A stretch of 59,648 bases of DNA, the filler included, from Chthonomonadaceae bacterium (lineage in GTDB: Bacteria; Armatimonadota; Chthonomonadetes; Chthonomonadales; Chthonomonadaceae), in assembly GCA_035650735.1 (NCBI GenBank). It is 4 parts of 4 records of this genome, joined end to end, with 100 filler letters (N's around TTAATTAATTAA, not from the genome) between each part and the next. Parts side by side here need not be neighbours in the genome. Positions count along the whole stretch, not along the records: positions 32,095 to 51,097 come from DASRGZ010000192.1; 3 more parts are not named here. The stretch is one strand, 5' to 3'. Positions 39,825-48,828 of this stretch are shown in pieces. The notes beneath the pieces were generated by a model. That model saw nothing but the letters and a program-made list of their open reading frames with translations, did no database searches and was not told the DNA's origin. A program made the position numbers and the translations under genes. How positions within the stretch are numbered: the stretch's first letter is position 1; the number at the start of each line of letters is the position of its first letter.

Positions 39825-39937
39825 TCAACAGGATGAACCGGATTTCTAAAACCCCACCAGCCAAGTCCTTATGCCTCTGGACTTCAAGCGGACTGGAAGG
39901 CTTCTGTCTTTGGTTTTAATTCTGTAAATCCTGTTGA
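39825..39937. repeat. CAGGAT/ATCCTG MITE-like element supplying the DapA-family gene stop
   Basis: TCAACAGGATGAACCGGATTTCTAAAA...AATTCTGTAAATCCTGTTGA. Confidence 0.8.
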
Positions 39938-40842
39938 GAGTATTTAGGAAGGAAGCCGGCGGCGCGGAGCTCGGCCAGCAGGCTCTCTTCCTGGGCGGGT
40001 GTGAGGTTGACGAGGGGCGGGCGTACGCCCAGGCGCGGCAGACCCCGATGGGCCAGCACGCTCTTGCTGACGGCGATGAGAGGATAGCGCAGGGTGATGT
40101 CAGCCAGGGCGCTCAGGCGGGCCTGTGCCGCCTCCGCCTGCGCGCCCGTGGGGTCGGCGCGATGGGCATCTCGCACGGCGGCGACCACTTCCGGGAAGGC
40201 GTTGGCGTTGCCGGAGATGCAGCCCGCACTGCCGCTGGCATAGCCGCGCGACGCCAATTTATCGTGGCCCCCAAAGATGCGCAGGTGCGGATAGCGCGCG
40301 AGGAGCTCCTGCGTGCGCGCCCAGTCGCCCGCGCTGTCCTTGAGGCCGGCCAGGTTGGGGTGTCCTGAAAGCAGCTCCAGCAGCGCGTCGGTGATGGGCA
40401 CGGCGGTCTGCTGCGGGATGCTGTAGAGCAGCACGGGAATATCGGCGGCGTCCAGCACGGCCCGGAAATAGGCGGCCAGTCCCTCCACGGTCGGGTTCTT
40501 AAAATAGAAGGGCGGCAGCACCAGCGCGGCATCCGCTCCGGCCTGGGCGGCATGGCGCGTCAATTCCACGGCGTCCGTCACGCTGGCCGCTCCCGTTCCC
40601 GCCACCACCGTCAGCACCCCTCGGTGGGCCAGCGCCGCTTCCAGAGTCCGCTTGCGCTCCTCCACCGAGAGGGAGGTTCCCTCGCCGTTTGTGCCGCAGA
40701 CGACCACGCCGTCCACTCCGCCGCGCCGCTGAAACTCCAGCAGCGTTGGAAAATGCTCCAGCGCCAGGCGTCCCTGCCGATCCAAAGGCGTGAGAATGGC
40801 GGTCATCAGGCCGCGCAGGGCCGTCGCTTTCGGGTGAGACAT
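39916..40842 (-). CDS. Dihydrodipicolinate synthase (DapA/NanA) family protein
   Basis: GTNGEG, LPPFY, LYSIP, GLKDS; TN instead of TT suggests it is not canonical DapA. Confidence 0.85.
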   Translation of the reverse strand: MSHPKATALRGLMTAILTPLDRQGRLALEHFPTLLEFQRRGGVDGVVVCGTNGEGTSLSVEERKRTLEAALAHRGVLTVVAGTGAASVTDAVELTRHAAQAGADAALVLPPFYFKNPTVEGLAAYFRAVLDAADIPVLLYSIPQQTAVPITDALLELLSGHPNLAGLKDSAGDWARTQELLARYPHLRIFGGHDKLASRGYASGSAGCISGNANAFPEVVAAVRDAHRADPTGAQAEAAQARLSALADITLRYPLIAVSKSVLAHRGLPRLGVRPPLVNLTPAQEESLLAELRAAGFLPKYSQQDLQN

Positions 40843-41751
40843 TTAAGCGTTCTCCTTTTCCACGGGCAGGTCTTCGCGCTCGTTCCACTCGTTCCAGGAG
40901 CCGTCGTAGTTGGTCAGGTGGGGGAAGCCGAGCATGGAGAGGGTAAAGAGGACGGATGTGGCCGCCACGCCGCCGTTGCAGTAGGCGACGACGCGCGCTT
41001 CCGGCCTGGCGCCGCTGGCGGCGACGAGGCTTTGGAGCGCTTCCGGCGCGTGGAACAGGCCCTCCGGCGTGAAAAACGCCTCCCGCGGCAGATGCCTGGC
41101 TCCGGGAATATGACCGCCGCGCTTGCCTCGCCGAATGCGGCCCGTATACTGGCCCTCATCGCGGGCGTCCAGCAAGGTCACGTCCGGCTGCTCCAGGAGA
41201 CGCAGCACCTCCTCGGCGGTCGCGCGCCACTCCGGCTGCACGCGCGGCGTAAAGACCGCAGGCGGATAGTGCGGCGTTTCCGTTGTCGTGGGACGGCCTT
41301 CGCGCGTCCATCTGGCCCAGCCGCCGTTGAGGACGCGAACCTGGGTGTGGCCGTAATAGCGCAAGACCCACCAGAGCCGCGTGGCAAACTGCGAGGCCGG
41401 GTGCGCGTCATAGGCCACGACCAGATGCTCGTCGCCAATGCCCGCCTGGCCCAGCACACGCGCGATCTTGTCCGGGGGAGCCACCTGCGCCGGCACCGGA
41501 TCGTGCTCATCCACGATGTCGCGCGTCCAGTCCAGATAGATCGCTCCCGGAATATGGGCCTGCGCATATTCCTCCGGCGCGCCCATATAGGTTGCCGTCT
41601 GCGTGCCCTCCTCGGCCGTGCGCGTATGCACGTAGCCGCGCATATCCACGACGCGCAGCTGCGGGTCTGCGGCGGCTAGCCGCTCCGCCAGCGCCTCGGT
41701 CTCTATTAAGTGCTCCGCGCGCAGACGCGCCAGCGTTTCCAGATCCACCAC
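40843..41751 (-). CDS. Sulfurtransferase (tandem rhodanese, SseA-like)
   Basis: HIPGA twice, YCNGGVAA active loop, YDGSWNEW; GAGGAG RBS. Confidence 0.9.
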   Translation of the reverse strand: MVDLETLARLRAEHLIETEALAERLAAADPQLRVVDMRGYVHTRTAEEGTQTATYMGAPEEYAQAHIPGAIYLDWTRDIVDEHDPVPAQVAPPDKIARVLGQAGIGDEHLVVAYDAHPASQFATRLWWVLRYYGHTQVRVLNGGWARWTREGRPTTTETPHYPPAVFTPRVQPEWRATAEEVLRLLEQPDVTLLDARDEGQYTGRIRRGKRGGHIPGARHLPREAFFTPEGLFHAPEALQSLVAASGARPEARVVAYCNGGVAATSVLFTLSMLGFPHLTNYDGSWNEWNEREDLPVEKENA

Positions 41752-41863
41752 GCTCACTCCTCTCTTATGACGTTGCCTCTGCCTGTTGCTTCGCTGCTGC
41801 GGAGCGGTTGTCCTTCCCGGCGCCCGCAAAAATGCCCTCCGCGCGGCGGCAGAAAAATATTTG

Positions 41864-41983
41864 GAAAAAGTTTGGGGCCATCCCCTAGATCGGTGCCCCT
41901 GGCGGCACTATAGGCTTGCAGGGTGAAAAAAGCCTGAAAAAATTTTGGCCCGGTCCCCTAGATCGGGCGCTCACGCGGCACTA
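41864..41983 (+). promoter_or_regulatory. Tandem bipartite motif, putative ECF-sigma promoters
   Basis: A-tract + TCCCCTAGATCGG-N8-GCGGCACTA at 41881-41910 and 41954-41983 (73-bp period). Confidence 0.6.
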
Positions 41984-42201
41984 ATGCCCTGTAAGGCCCG
42001 CACAGCACTCATTTCGCGCCGATGCAGCGTCAAGCGCTCAGGATGCGCGTTTCCTTATACGGGCACTGCGGCCCTGCCGACCCACTGTCGGCAGCGTGGC
42101 TGCTAGAGATACGTGGGAGTCGGAATCTCCTGCAACCACCCGACCCATGCGTGCGACCAGATTTGGAACACAGTATTTTTGTTTTTTGAAGGAGAACTCA
42201 C

Positions 42202-42537
42202 GTGAACAAGCTTGCTGCCCGACTCGCCCATTTTGCTTCCGCTGTTGCCCTAACCGGCGTTTTGCTCTGCTCGAACGTGACGGCCTCGCGCGCCGAATTG
42301 CAGGGCGTTGGCTCACCCGGCCTGCCGCCTCCGCCGCCCAAAACGACGTGCCAGTTTGCCCCGGTTATCATTGACGATAATTTCGTTATCTACGGGGATG
42401 GCCTGTTCGTCACCCCGGACGGCTCCTATCTGGATCTGTTCTCCGACGAGCGCGACGACCAGGAGGCGTTCTCGCTGGATAGCCTCTTTGGAGGCCGTTT
42501 CGGCGGGCAGTCCTGGTATGTCCAGTACGGTTACTGA
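42202..42537 (+). CDS. Small secreted protein / possible peptide precursor
   Basis: AAGGAG RBS, GTG start, signal-peptide-like N-terminus, poly-Pro linker, acidic core, FGGRFGGQSWYVQYGY end. Confidence 0.75.
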   Translation: MNKLAARLAHFASAVALTGVLLCSNVTASRAELQGVGSPGLPPPPPKTTCQFAPVIIDDNFVIYGDGLFVTPDGSYLDLFSDERDDQEAFSLDSLFGGRFGGQSWYVQYGY

Positions 42538-43002
42538 GGCGCCTTCGCAGAGATTTAGTGTCTCTGGAGGCCGCTGCGTTCGAGACGCAGCACGGGTGCC
42601 TGCCGCCTCCGCGCTGAGGCCGCAGGCCGGTGCAGCCCGCGCTACGTATTGACTCCGATCCTATCCATGGCCTTTCCGGTCGGCGATACGATATTGGGCG
42701 ATACGATATTGCGTTGGCGCATTGTGGGCAGCGTTTCTCTACGGCAAGTTGTTTGACCGCTACGCAGCCTCCGCAGAAGGTTGCGTCTTCCTGCCACGAC
42801 GGCCGGACCCCGCCGAGGCAGGAGCGCTTGGGGGCCGGGTATGCAAGACCATGCGATGGGGGTGTGGTTTCCTCCCGGTCCCAGGCGAGAACAGTGGGAA
42901 GGGTTTGCCTGCGGCAAACGTTAGGCCGCGGGCCCTCCCGATAAAGAGTCGGCACGGCCCAAGTACTAATTCCGTTTTCTTTGCTATCGCTACCCTGTCA
43001 TC

Positions 43003-43326
43003 GGGACAATCTTCATTGCGGCGGGTCACGCCGCATCACAAGGTAAGTCAAAAATTCGAACAACGCTTTGCCCCTGCGTGGGAAGCTGCCTGTCGGGACA
43101 ACAGCCAGCTTCCTCCGGCAGGGCCAAACCAGGGAAGGAGGCAGCCGCAACCAAAAGAAGACGGAGCCAGAGCGTGATGGCGGCGGAGCAGGGGCTATTG
43201 GGACACGCCCCGCCGCCGGGACAGCCGCCGCGCTTGGCTCAGCCCCTCGGGACCATGAAAAGAAAAGAAGGCCGGATGCTTTTACGGAAACGGGACATTT
43301 CGGTAAAAGCATCCGGCCTTCTATTT
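43003..43326. ncRNA. Putative structured RNA/DNA array with GGGACA in hairpin loops
   Basis: GGGACA at 43003, 43095, 43200, 43218, 43292 plus GGGTCA 43023 and GGGACC 43249; several at hairpin apices; strand unresolved. Confidence 0.4.
43266..43326. terminator. Long perfect-stem hairpin, probable bidirectional terminator
   Basis: AGAAGGCCGGATGCTTTTAC...GTAAAAGCATCCGGCCTTCT with A-tract before and T-tract after. Confidence 0.65.
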
Positions 43327-43337
43327 TCCTCCTACGG

Positions 43338-43382
43338 CCCTCACCTCCTGTCCCCCTACTGCAAGGGTCGGGGCCAGAACGG
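43338..43382 (+). repeat. Truncated REP plus left half of the 45-nt element
   Basis: CCCTCACCTCCTGTCCCCCT-ACTGCAAGGGTCGGGGCCAGAACGG. Confidence 0.6.
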
Positions 43383-43399
43383 AAGGATCGAGCGGGGCC

Positions 43400-45382
43400 C
43401 TATTTCGTCTGGGAGGGGCCGATGGCAGGCAGGGCGACCTCCTTGAAGGTCCAGGGAGTGCTGGCCAGCAGCGCCTTCGCCTCCTGCTGCGCCGCATCGG
43501 TGAGCGCGAAGCGGGTCAGATCCTGAAAGACCGCCGCCACTTCGGGATGCCGCCTCTGGAAGGCGCTCGCCTCCTCGCCGGTGAGCCCATTGAGGATGCG
43601 CGAGATCGCCCGCGCGGCGTCCCGCATGGCCTCGAAGGCGGCGTCCGGTCCCAGCCGCTTTGCCAGCAGCGTGCCCTCCAGGTAGTGCGCCTGCCACTCC
43701 AGGCCGGGCAGGTCGAGCTTGCGTCCGGCGAACAGCCGGTGCAGATCCAGTTCCGGGGAGCACAGCAGGGCCGGCAGATTCTCCGCCTCCTTGCCCATCA
43801 GGCGCGGCAGCCCGACCGCGCCTTCCGAAGTCAGTCGCAGGGCCTCCCGCGCCGCGTTCTCGGCTGCCGCCTCCTGCCCCTGGAAATAGTAGCAGCGCGC
43901 CAGCGTCAGGTGCGCGGCGATCTGCTCGCGCGCCGACTCCGTGCGCGTAGCCACATCCAGCGCCTTCTGCGCCTCGGCAAAGGCGCGACCCAGCGCCTCC
44001 TGCGCTCGCGCCGTATCGCCGGCCATATGGAACTCCTGACACTGACCCAGATAGGCGCGGGCGCGCATCTCATGCGCCTGGGCGACCTCGCGCGTGCGTC
44101 CCGTGCGCTGCGCCTCATCCAGGGCATCCTGCGCATTATCCAGCGCATCCTCCCACTGTCCCACCGCCAGGCGCGTCTCGGTCATCGCCAGGGCGGAGAG
44201 AATGGTAGGCCGCGCCCCGCGTACCCGATTGGCGATCTTGAGCGACTCTTTGGCGTTCTCTTTGGCCTCATCCAGCGCGCCCATCGCCACCAGGACGTTG
44301 GCCAGCAGCGCGCGCGCCACCCCGAGGCTGGCTTGATCCTCGAACAGGAAACTGGTCAGCACGACCGCCACCTCGAGGTGCTGTTTGGCCTCGCTAATCT
44401 TACCCATCAACTGACAGCACTGCGCTACCTCCATCAGCGACTCGATGAACACGTCCGTGCGGCGATCCACAATGGCCTGCTGTAGACAGCGGCTCCAGAG
44501 CATCATCGCCTCTCCATAATGGCCGGTGGCGCGCACCACGTCCGCCAGACCCGCCATCAGGTAAGGCATGCCCTCGCGCTCACGCCGCTCCGGCTCCTCC
44601 TGTTCCAGCTGCTCCGCCGCCTGGCGGAAGTAGCTCAGCGCGCCCTGATAGTCGTGCTGCCGATAGCGCAGGCTGCCCAGAGTGATCAGGGTGCGCCAGC
44701 GCACGTCACGGCTTGCGTGGGTCAGCATCTCCTCCAGATAGCTCTGCGCGGCAGCGAACTCGCCCTGCGCGCTCAGGGCCATGACCAGATCCTGGATGGT
44801 ATGGAAGCGATACTCCTCCAGCCCCTCATCGGCAAACATCCTGACTGCCGCCAATAGATGCTGCCGGGCCTCGTCGAGCTGATTGTCTTCGAGTTTGGCG
44901 CGTCCCAACTGCCAGAGCACCCAGGCTTCCTGGCGTGGATCTTCGAGCGCGCGGGCCAGCGCCAACATCTGGTTTAGCGTCGAGATGTAGCTGGAACGGC
45001 TCCGCTTGGGCTCATTGTACGCCTCGGCCAGCGCATACAGATGGCGCAGCTCCGCTTGAATGCGCGCCCGCGTTCCCGGCTCGATGGCCCCCATGCCGAC
45101 GCGCTCGTCCTCCTGGGCCGCCGGCAGCGCCAGGGCCGCGCGCGCATCCTTATCCGGATCGAAGAAGTCCGGATGGACGTGCGCTACCGACGCGATGCGC
45201 TCCAGCACTTCCTCGGGAACGGAGGTGATCCCGCGCACATACTGATAGATGAGCGAGGAGGGAATACCCACCTGCTCGGCCATCTCTTTGAGCGAGAGCT
45301 GGGCATGCGTCGTCGCCAGCTTGATCCGTTCGCCCACGCGGGCGCGCTTTTCGGGAGTATTTAGATTTTTCCGGCGAGCCAC
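43400..45382 (-). CDS. XRE-family HTH + tetratricopeptide-repeat protein
   Basis: N-terminal GERIKLA...LSLKEMAEQVGIPSSLIYQYVRG helix-turn-helix, then TPR-like helical repeats; AAGGAG RBS, GTG start. Confidence 0.85.
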   Translation of the reverse strand: MARRKNLNTPEKRARVGERIKLATTHAQLSLKEMAEQVGIPSSLIYQYVRGITSVPEEVLERIASVAHVHPDFFDPDKDARAALALPAAQEDERVGMGAIEPGTRARIQAELRHLYALAEAYNEPKRSRSSYISTLNQMLALARALEDPRQEAWVLWQLGRAKLEDNQLDEARQHLLAAVRMFADEGLEEYRFHTIQDLVMALSAQGEFAAAQSYLEEMLTHASRDVRWRTLITLGSLRYRQHDYQGALSYFRQAAEQLEQEEPERREREGMPYLMAGLADVVRATGHYGEAMMLWSRCLQQAIVDRRTDVFIESLMEVAQCCQLMGKISEAKQHLEVAVVLTSFLFEDQASLGVARALLANVLVAMGALDEAKENAKESLKIANRVRGARPTILSALAMTETRLAVGQWEDALDNAQDALDEAQRTGRTREVAQAHEMRARAYLGQCQEFHMAGDTARAQEALGRAFAEAQKALDVATRTESAREQIAAHLTLARCYYFQGQEAAAENAAREALRLTSEGAVGLPRLMGKEAENLPALLCSPELDLHRLFAGRKLDLPGLEWQAHYLEGTLLAKRLGPDAAFEAMRDAARAISRILNGLTGEEASAFQRRHPEVAAVFQDLTRFALTDAAQQEAKALLASTPWTFKEVALPAIGPSQTK

Positions 45383-45678
45383 TCTAGTCTCCTTTTGTTA
45401 GCCCCTGCATCGCAGGGCGGGTCGCTTGCGGTCGCTGCTGTCTGGTAAGGTCACGACCTATCTCTTTTGCTAGAGACCTCTCAGAAGATTATAAAGGAAT
45501 ACGTTCTCCAGCGCAAGCTTACGCCCTTCTAGCCTCACACCTGCACAGACAAAAACATGCAGTTTTACTGATCCCAATATTATAGATAATAATTCTTGCT
45601 CCATGCGGGAGCTTCCTGCCTGCATTTCCAGCGCTTCCGGGTCTTTCCCTTTTCGGTGGCGAAGGAATTCGCTGCAAG

Positions 45679-45860
45679 CCCTCACCTCTAGCCCCTACTG
45701 CCAGGGTCGGGCCTACAACGGACTGCAAGGGTCGCGCCTACAATGGTTCGGGCCACTGCCAGGGTCGGCAAGGGTACGGCCCTTGCCTCCGCCTGGCGAC
45801 AGTCCTCCGCCTTGCGACAGCCCTCCGCCTTGCGATCCACGCTGCGGCAGAGGGGTAAGG
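45679..45860 (+). repeat. REP with nested 45-nt elements (45697-45835)
   Basis: Three left ends and three right ends; inner unit GGCAAGGG-TACGG-CCCTTGCC with GCCAGG/CCTGGC. Confidence 0.88.
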
Positions 45861-45934
45861 TTTGGAGTCGGCGAAGGCCGACTCAGTGCTTTCGTTACTG
45901 CGGCGTGAGCCCCCGAGGAAGAACGGCAAGTGCC

Positions 45935-46924
45935 TTAGGCGGCACGGCGCATCGAGGAGAGCGGGTTCCGCGCCGCTTCGCGGGGTTTCTCTGGGGCAAG
46001 CTGTGCCAGAGATTCCGGCGACAGCCCACGCTCCGATTGCGCCATGACCTTCTGCCGATAGTACTCCTCCCGAGCGGACGCCCAGGCATGGAAGCAGGCC
46101 GGTGGACCACCTGCCGGCCCGCCCCGCGCTTGCTCCTGCTCCAGCCGCTGCGCCACCTGCCGATAGATCAGCGCCTGCGTGGTATGGCTGAGCGCCTGGC
46201 GTGCCGGACGCTCCTCTCGAGCCGGACCGTTTCGGATCTGGAGCAGCGCCTCGTGATAGAGCCCGACCTCGGCCATCAGCAGGGCCAGGGCAATCGCGCG
46301 AAAGTCGGGGTCAGGCGTCTCGGCAAAGAGCTGCCGGCCCCGATCCAGGCGCTCCAGCATCTCGGGCTCCAGCAGCCAGAATCGGCCTTCCTGCCACCAT
46401 CCCCCCTCCGTCTCTGCTGCGCCCTCGACGCGCACGGCAGGTTCCACCCGCCAGGCATAGACGGCGCCGGGGCGCAGGGGCAGCCCCGTCAGCGGTAGGG
46501 AGTGCGTGTCGCTCGCCAGCGTGGTGACAGCCAGCGGCGCGAATCGACCATCGGCCTCCGCCATTTCCAGGGTCACACGGCAGGCTGTGTCCATAGGCGG
46601 GCTTTCCCAACTCAATCGGGTTGGCGCCTCCCGCAACGCCGTGTAGAACAAGGGCGCGCTGCGCGGGCCATAGCGGGCGCGGAATGCCCCCGGCCCATCT
46701 GCCTGCAACTTCCGTGCTGTGAGCGCAGTTTGCGCCGGGAGGGCCGCATCGGGAGGCGCGCCGCGCCGATGTGACCGGGAGGATAACGCCTCCTCTTGAA
46801 CAGGCGGGCGGCATCCTCTCCGGCCCTCCCCTGGCAGAGGCATCTCCCCCTGCGAATACGGTTTCTGTTTCAGGCTGCGCCGCTCAGCAAACGTCTGCGG
46901 CGCAGCAAGGATCGTCGTGGACAT
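45935..46924 (-). CDS. Hypothetical protein with DUF928-like C-terminal domain
   Basis: LSWE...LRPGAVYAWRV...FWLL...ALLMAEVGLYHEAL pattern; GAAAGGAAG before MSTTIL; start uncertain. Confidence 0.55.
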   Translation of the reverse strand: MSTTILAAPQTFAERRSLKQKPYSQGEMPLPGEGRRGCRPPVQEEALSSRSHRRGAPPDAALPAQTALTARKLQADGPGAFRARYGPRSAPLFYTALREAPTRLSWESPPMDTACRVTLEMAEADGRFAPLAVTTLASDTHSLPLTGLPLRPGAVYAWRVEPAVRVEGAAETEGGWWQEGRFWLLEPEMLERLDRGRQLFAETPDPDFRAIALALLMAEVGLYHEALLQIRNGPAREERPARQALSHTTQALIYRQVAQRLEQEQARGGPAGGPPACFHAWASAREEYYRQKVMAQSERGLSPESLAQLAPEKPREAARNPLSSMRRAA

Positions 46925-47387
46925 AGCGCATCTACTTCCTTTCACCGGCGTGCCAGGATCGGCACAGGCAAACGGCGGGATTCGCCTGTACCTCTCCAAA
47001 CGGCGCGCGTCGGATCCGCATCGAGCTCCTTCTACCAGCGGGGGAAGAAGCGCGCGCCAGGGATGCCGCCTAATCGCCCTCGCATGGGCCGATCCGGCCC
47101 ATCCTCCAGGGGAATCGGGGTATCTCTGCCGCTCATTCATCCAGTGCTAAGGCGCCCTATTCCTTACGCCTTCACCCTTCCAAAGCGAGCCTGCGTTGGC
47201 TGCCGGGCCCTCGGGTGCCCGGCGTGCCTCTGCCGCATTGGGCCCGGTGGGGGCCGCGGCAGGCGCAGAGAACGACACAAGAGCGCAAAGCTCTCACCAG
47301 TGCTCAGAAATTGAACTTCTCTCGAAAATAGGCTCTATCTCATCGAAAAAGGTCTGCTTAACGGAGCACCAGGAAAGCCGCTTGGTA

Positions 47388-48146
47388 TCAGCAGGAGACA
47401 GCGGCAGCACGGCTTTGCAGAGCGCGTTGGTAGTGGCGGGAGAGCGTGCGGCGCCCCTCCTGAAGCCGTGTGTTGACAGTTTCGTTGCGCGTTGCCAGTA
47501 GGGTTGCCACCTCTTTATGGGGGAGCTGACAACAGTAATGGAAGAAGAGTGCTTTGAACTGTTCCGCGGAGCGCATCCCGACGTCGGCCAGCGCGTAACA
47601 GACCTCATCCAGCCGATCCTGCTGCATCAATGCCTGCAAGGGATCGGCGGCCTCATCGGCGCCGAGGCACTCTTCTAGAGAGGAGGTGGCCTCTTCGTCT
47701 GCTGTCGCCGTCACCAATTCGGTGAAGTCACAGCAGGGGCGCGACGTCTTGCGCCGGATCCAGTGGGCCAGTTTGTAGCGGGCGATGGCGAGCAGAAAGG
47801 TTTGAAAGCTACAGCGCTGCGCCTGGGAAGCGAGGATGCCGGGCGCGTCCGCCAGGGGAGCATCTGCGTCCTGAGGATACGCTCCCCGAAAGGCCGGGAG
47901 TTGGTCGAATGCCGCCAGCAGCGTTTCGCTGGCCAGGTCTTCGGCTTCCTCACGACGGCTGACGCGCGCGGCAAAGTAGGAGTAAAGGCTGCGCCAGTAC
48001 TTGTCCCAGAGCGGGGCGAACGCGCTTGGATCGCCCGTTCTGGCGCGCAGCACATAGGCCAGGTCCGCATCGGGCGTATTTCGCCCAGCAGGACGCGCCC
48101 TCCCGACACCGTCGGGAGGGAAGAGAGTGGTTGATGGGGGTGTCAT
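47388..48146 (-). CDS. ECF-type sigma-70 factor
   Basis: Region 2 (GDPSAF..LWDKY...EAEDLASET...FQTFLLAIAR) and region 4 (HKEVATLL..NETVNTRL); insertion between 2.2 and 2.3; RBS before MTPPS. Confidence 0.88.
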   Translation of the reverse strand: MTPPSTTLFPPDGVGRARPAGRNTPDADLAYVLRARTGDPSAFAPLWDKYWRSLYSYFAARVSRREEAEDLASETLLAAFDQLPAFRGAYPQDADAPLADAPGILASQAQRCSFQTFLLAIARYKLAHWIRRKTSRPCCDFTELVTATADEEATSSLEECLGADEAADPLQALMQQDRLDEVCYALADVGMRSAEQFKALFFHYCCQLPHKEVATLLATRNETVNTRLQEGRRTLSRHYQRALQSRAAAVSC

Positions 48147-48255
48147 TTCGAGTCCTTCCTTCCGGTATAGTGATGGGCGGATTTTCGCCGGACCGAAATC
48201 CGCCTCCAGGAACAAACACAAAATAAAGAAGAAAGGTGGCACGAAGAATAGCAAG

Positions 48256-48284
48256 ATTTTAACACCAGACATGCTATCTGTCAA
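48256..48284 (-). promoter_or_regulatory. Sigma70 promoter of the ECF sigma gene
   Basis: TTGACA-N17-TAAAAT. Confidence 0.7.
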
Positions 48285-48828
48285 TGAGTCAATATCAATC
48301 TATTCTTCACCGCCAACCCGTGCGCATTCTGTTCGCAGATTGCCCCAGCTGAGGGCGTGCAGGATGATCTGCATCCCGGGCGCGCTCTGCGCGGAGGCCG
48401 TCTGCTCGCCTCTCCCCGGACCGGAGAAGCCAGCGGCCGGCGCCTGCCCGAAACGCGCGGCGGCAAGGAGCACGGCGGCGCCCGCCTTCCGCCCTGCCGA
48501 AGGCGCAGGGCGAGGGAGCCAGGCGTTTTGCGCCCCTGCGCCGCGCGCGGCAGAGGCCCTGGCCTTGCGACCCAAACCGTAGAGGCCGGGCGCGGCCATT
48601 TTGTTCCATACACTGAATGCATCAAGACAGGGAAGCGACGTGGCACGATACCGCTATCGTGTCGGTGAGGCAAGCAGAACAGCGAGGTATCTGAGAGTAG
48701 CGAAAACAGGGCTACAGCGGCCGCAGGGGAGCGGGCCGCATGACAGCAGCCCTGGTTTCCAGCCGGGACGCCAGGATCCCGGCCCATCCATACAAAGCAA
48801 TCCCAAACCAGGCCCAGGCGATAGGCGC

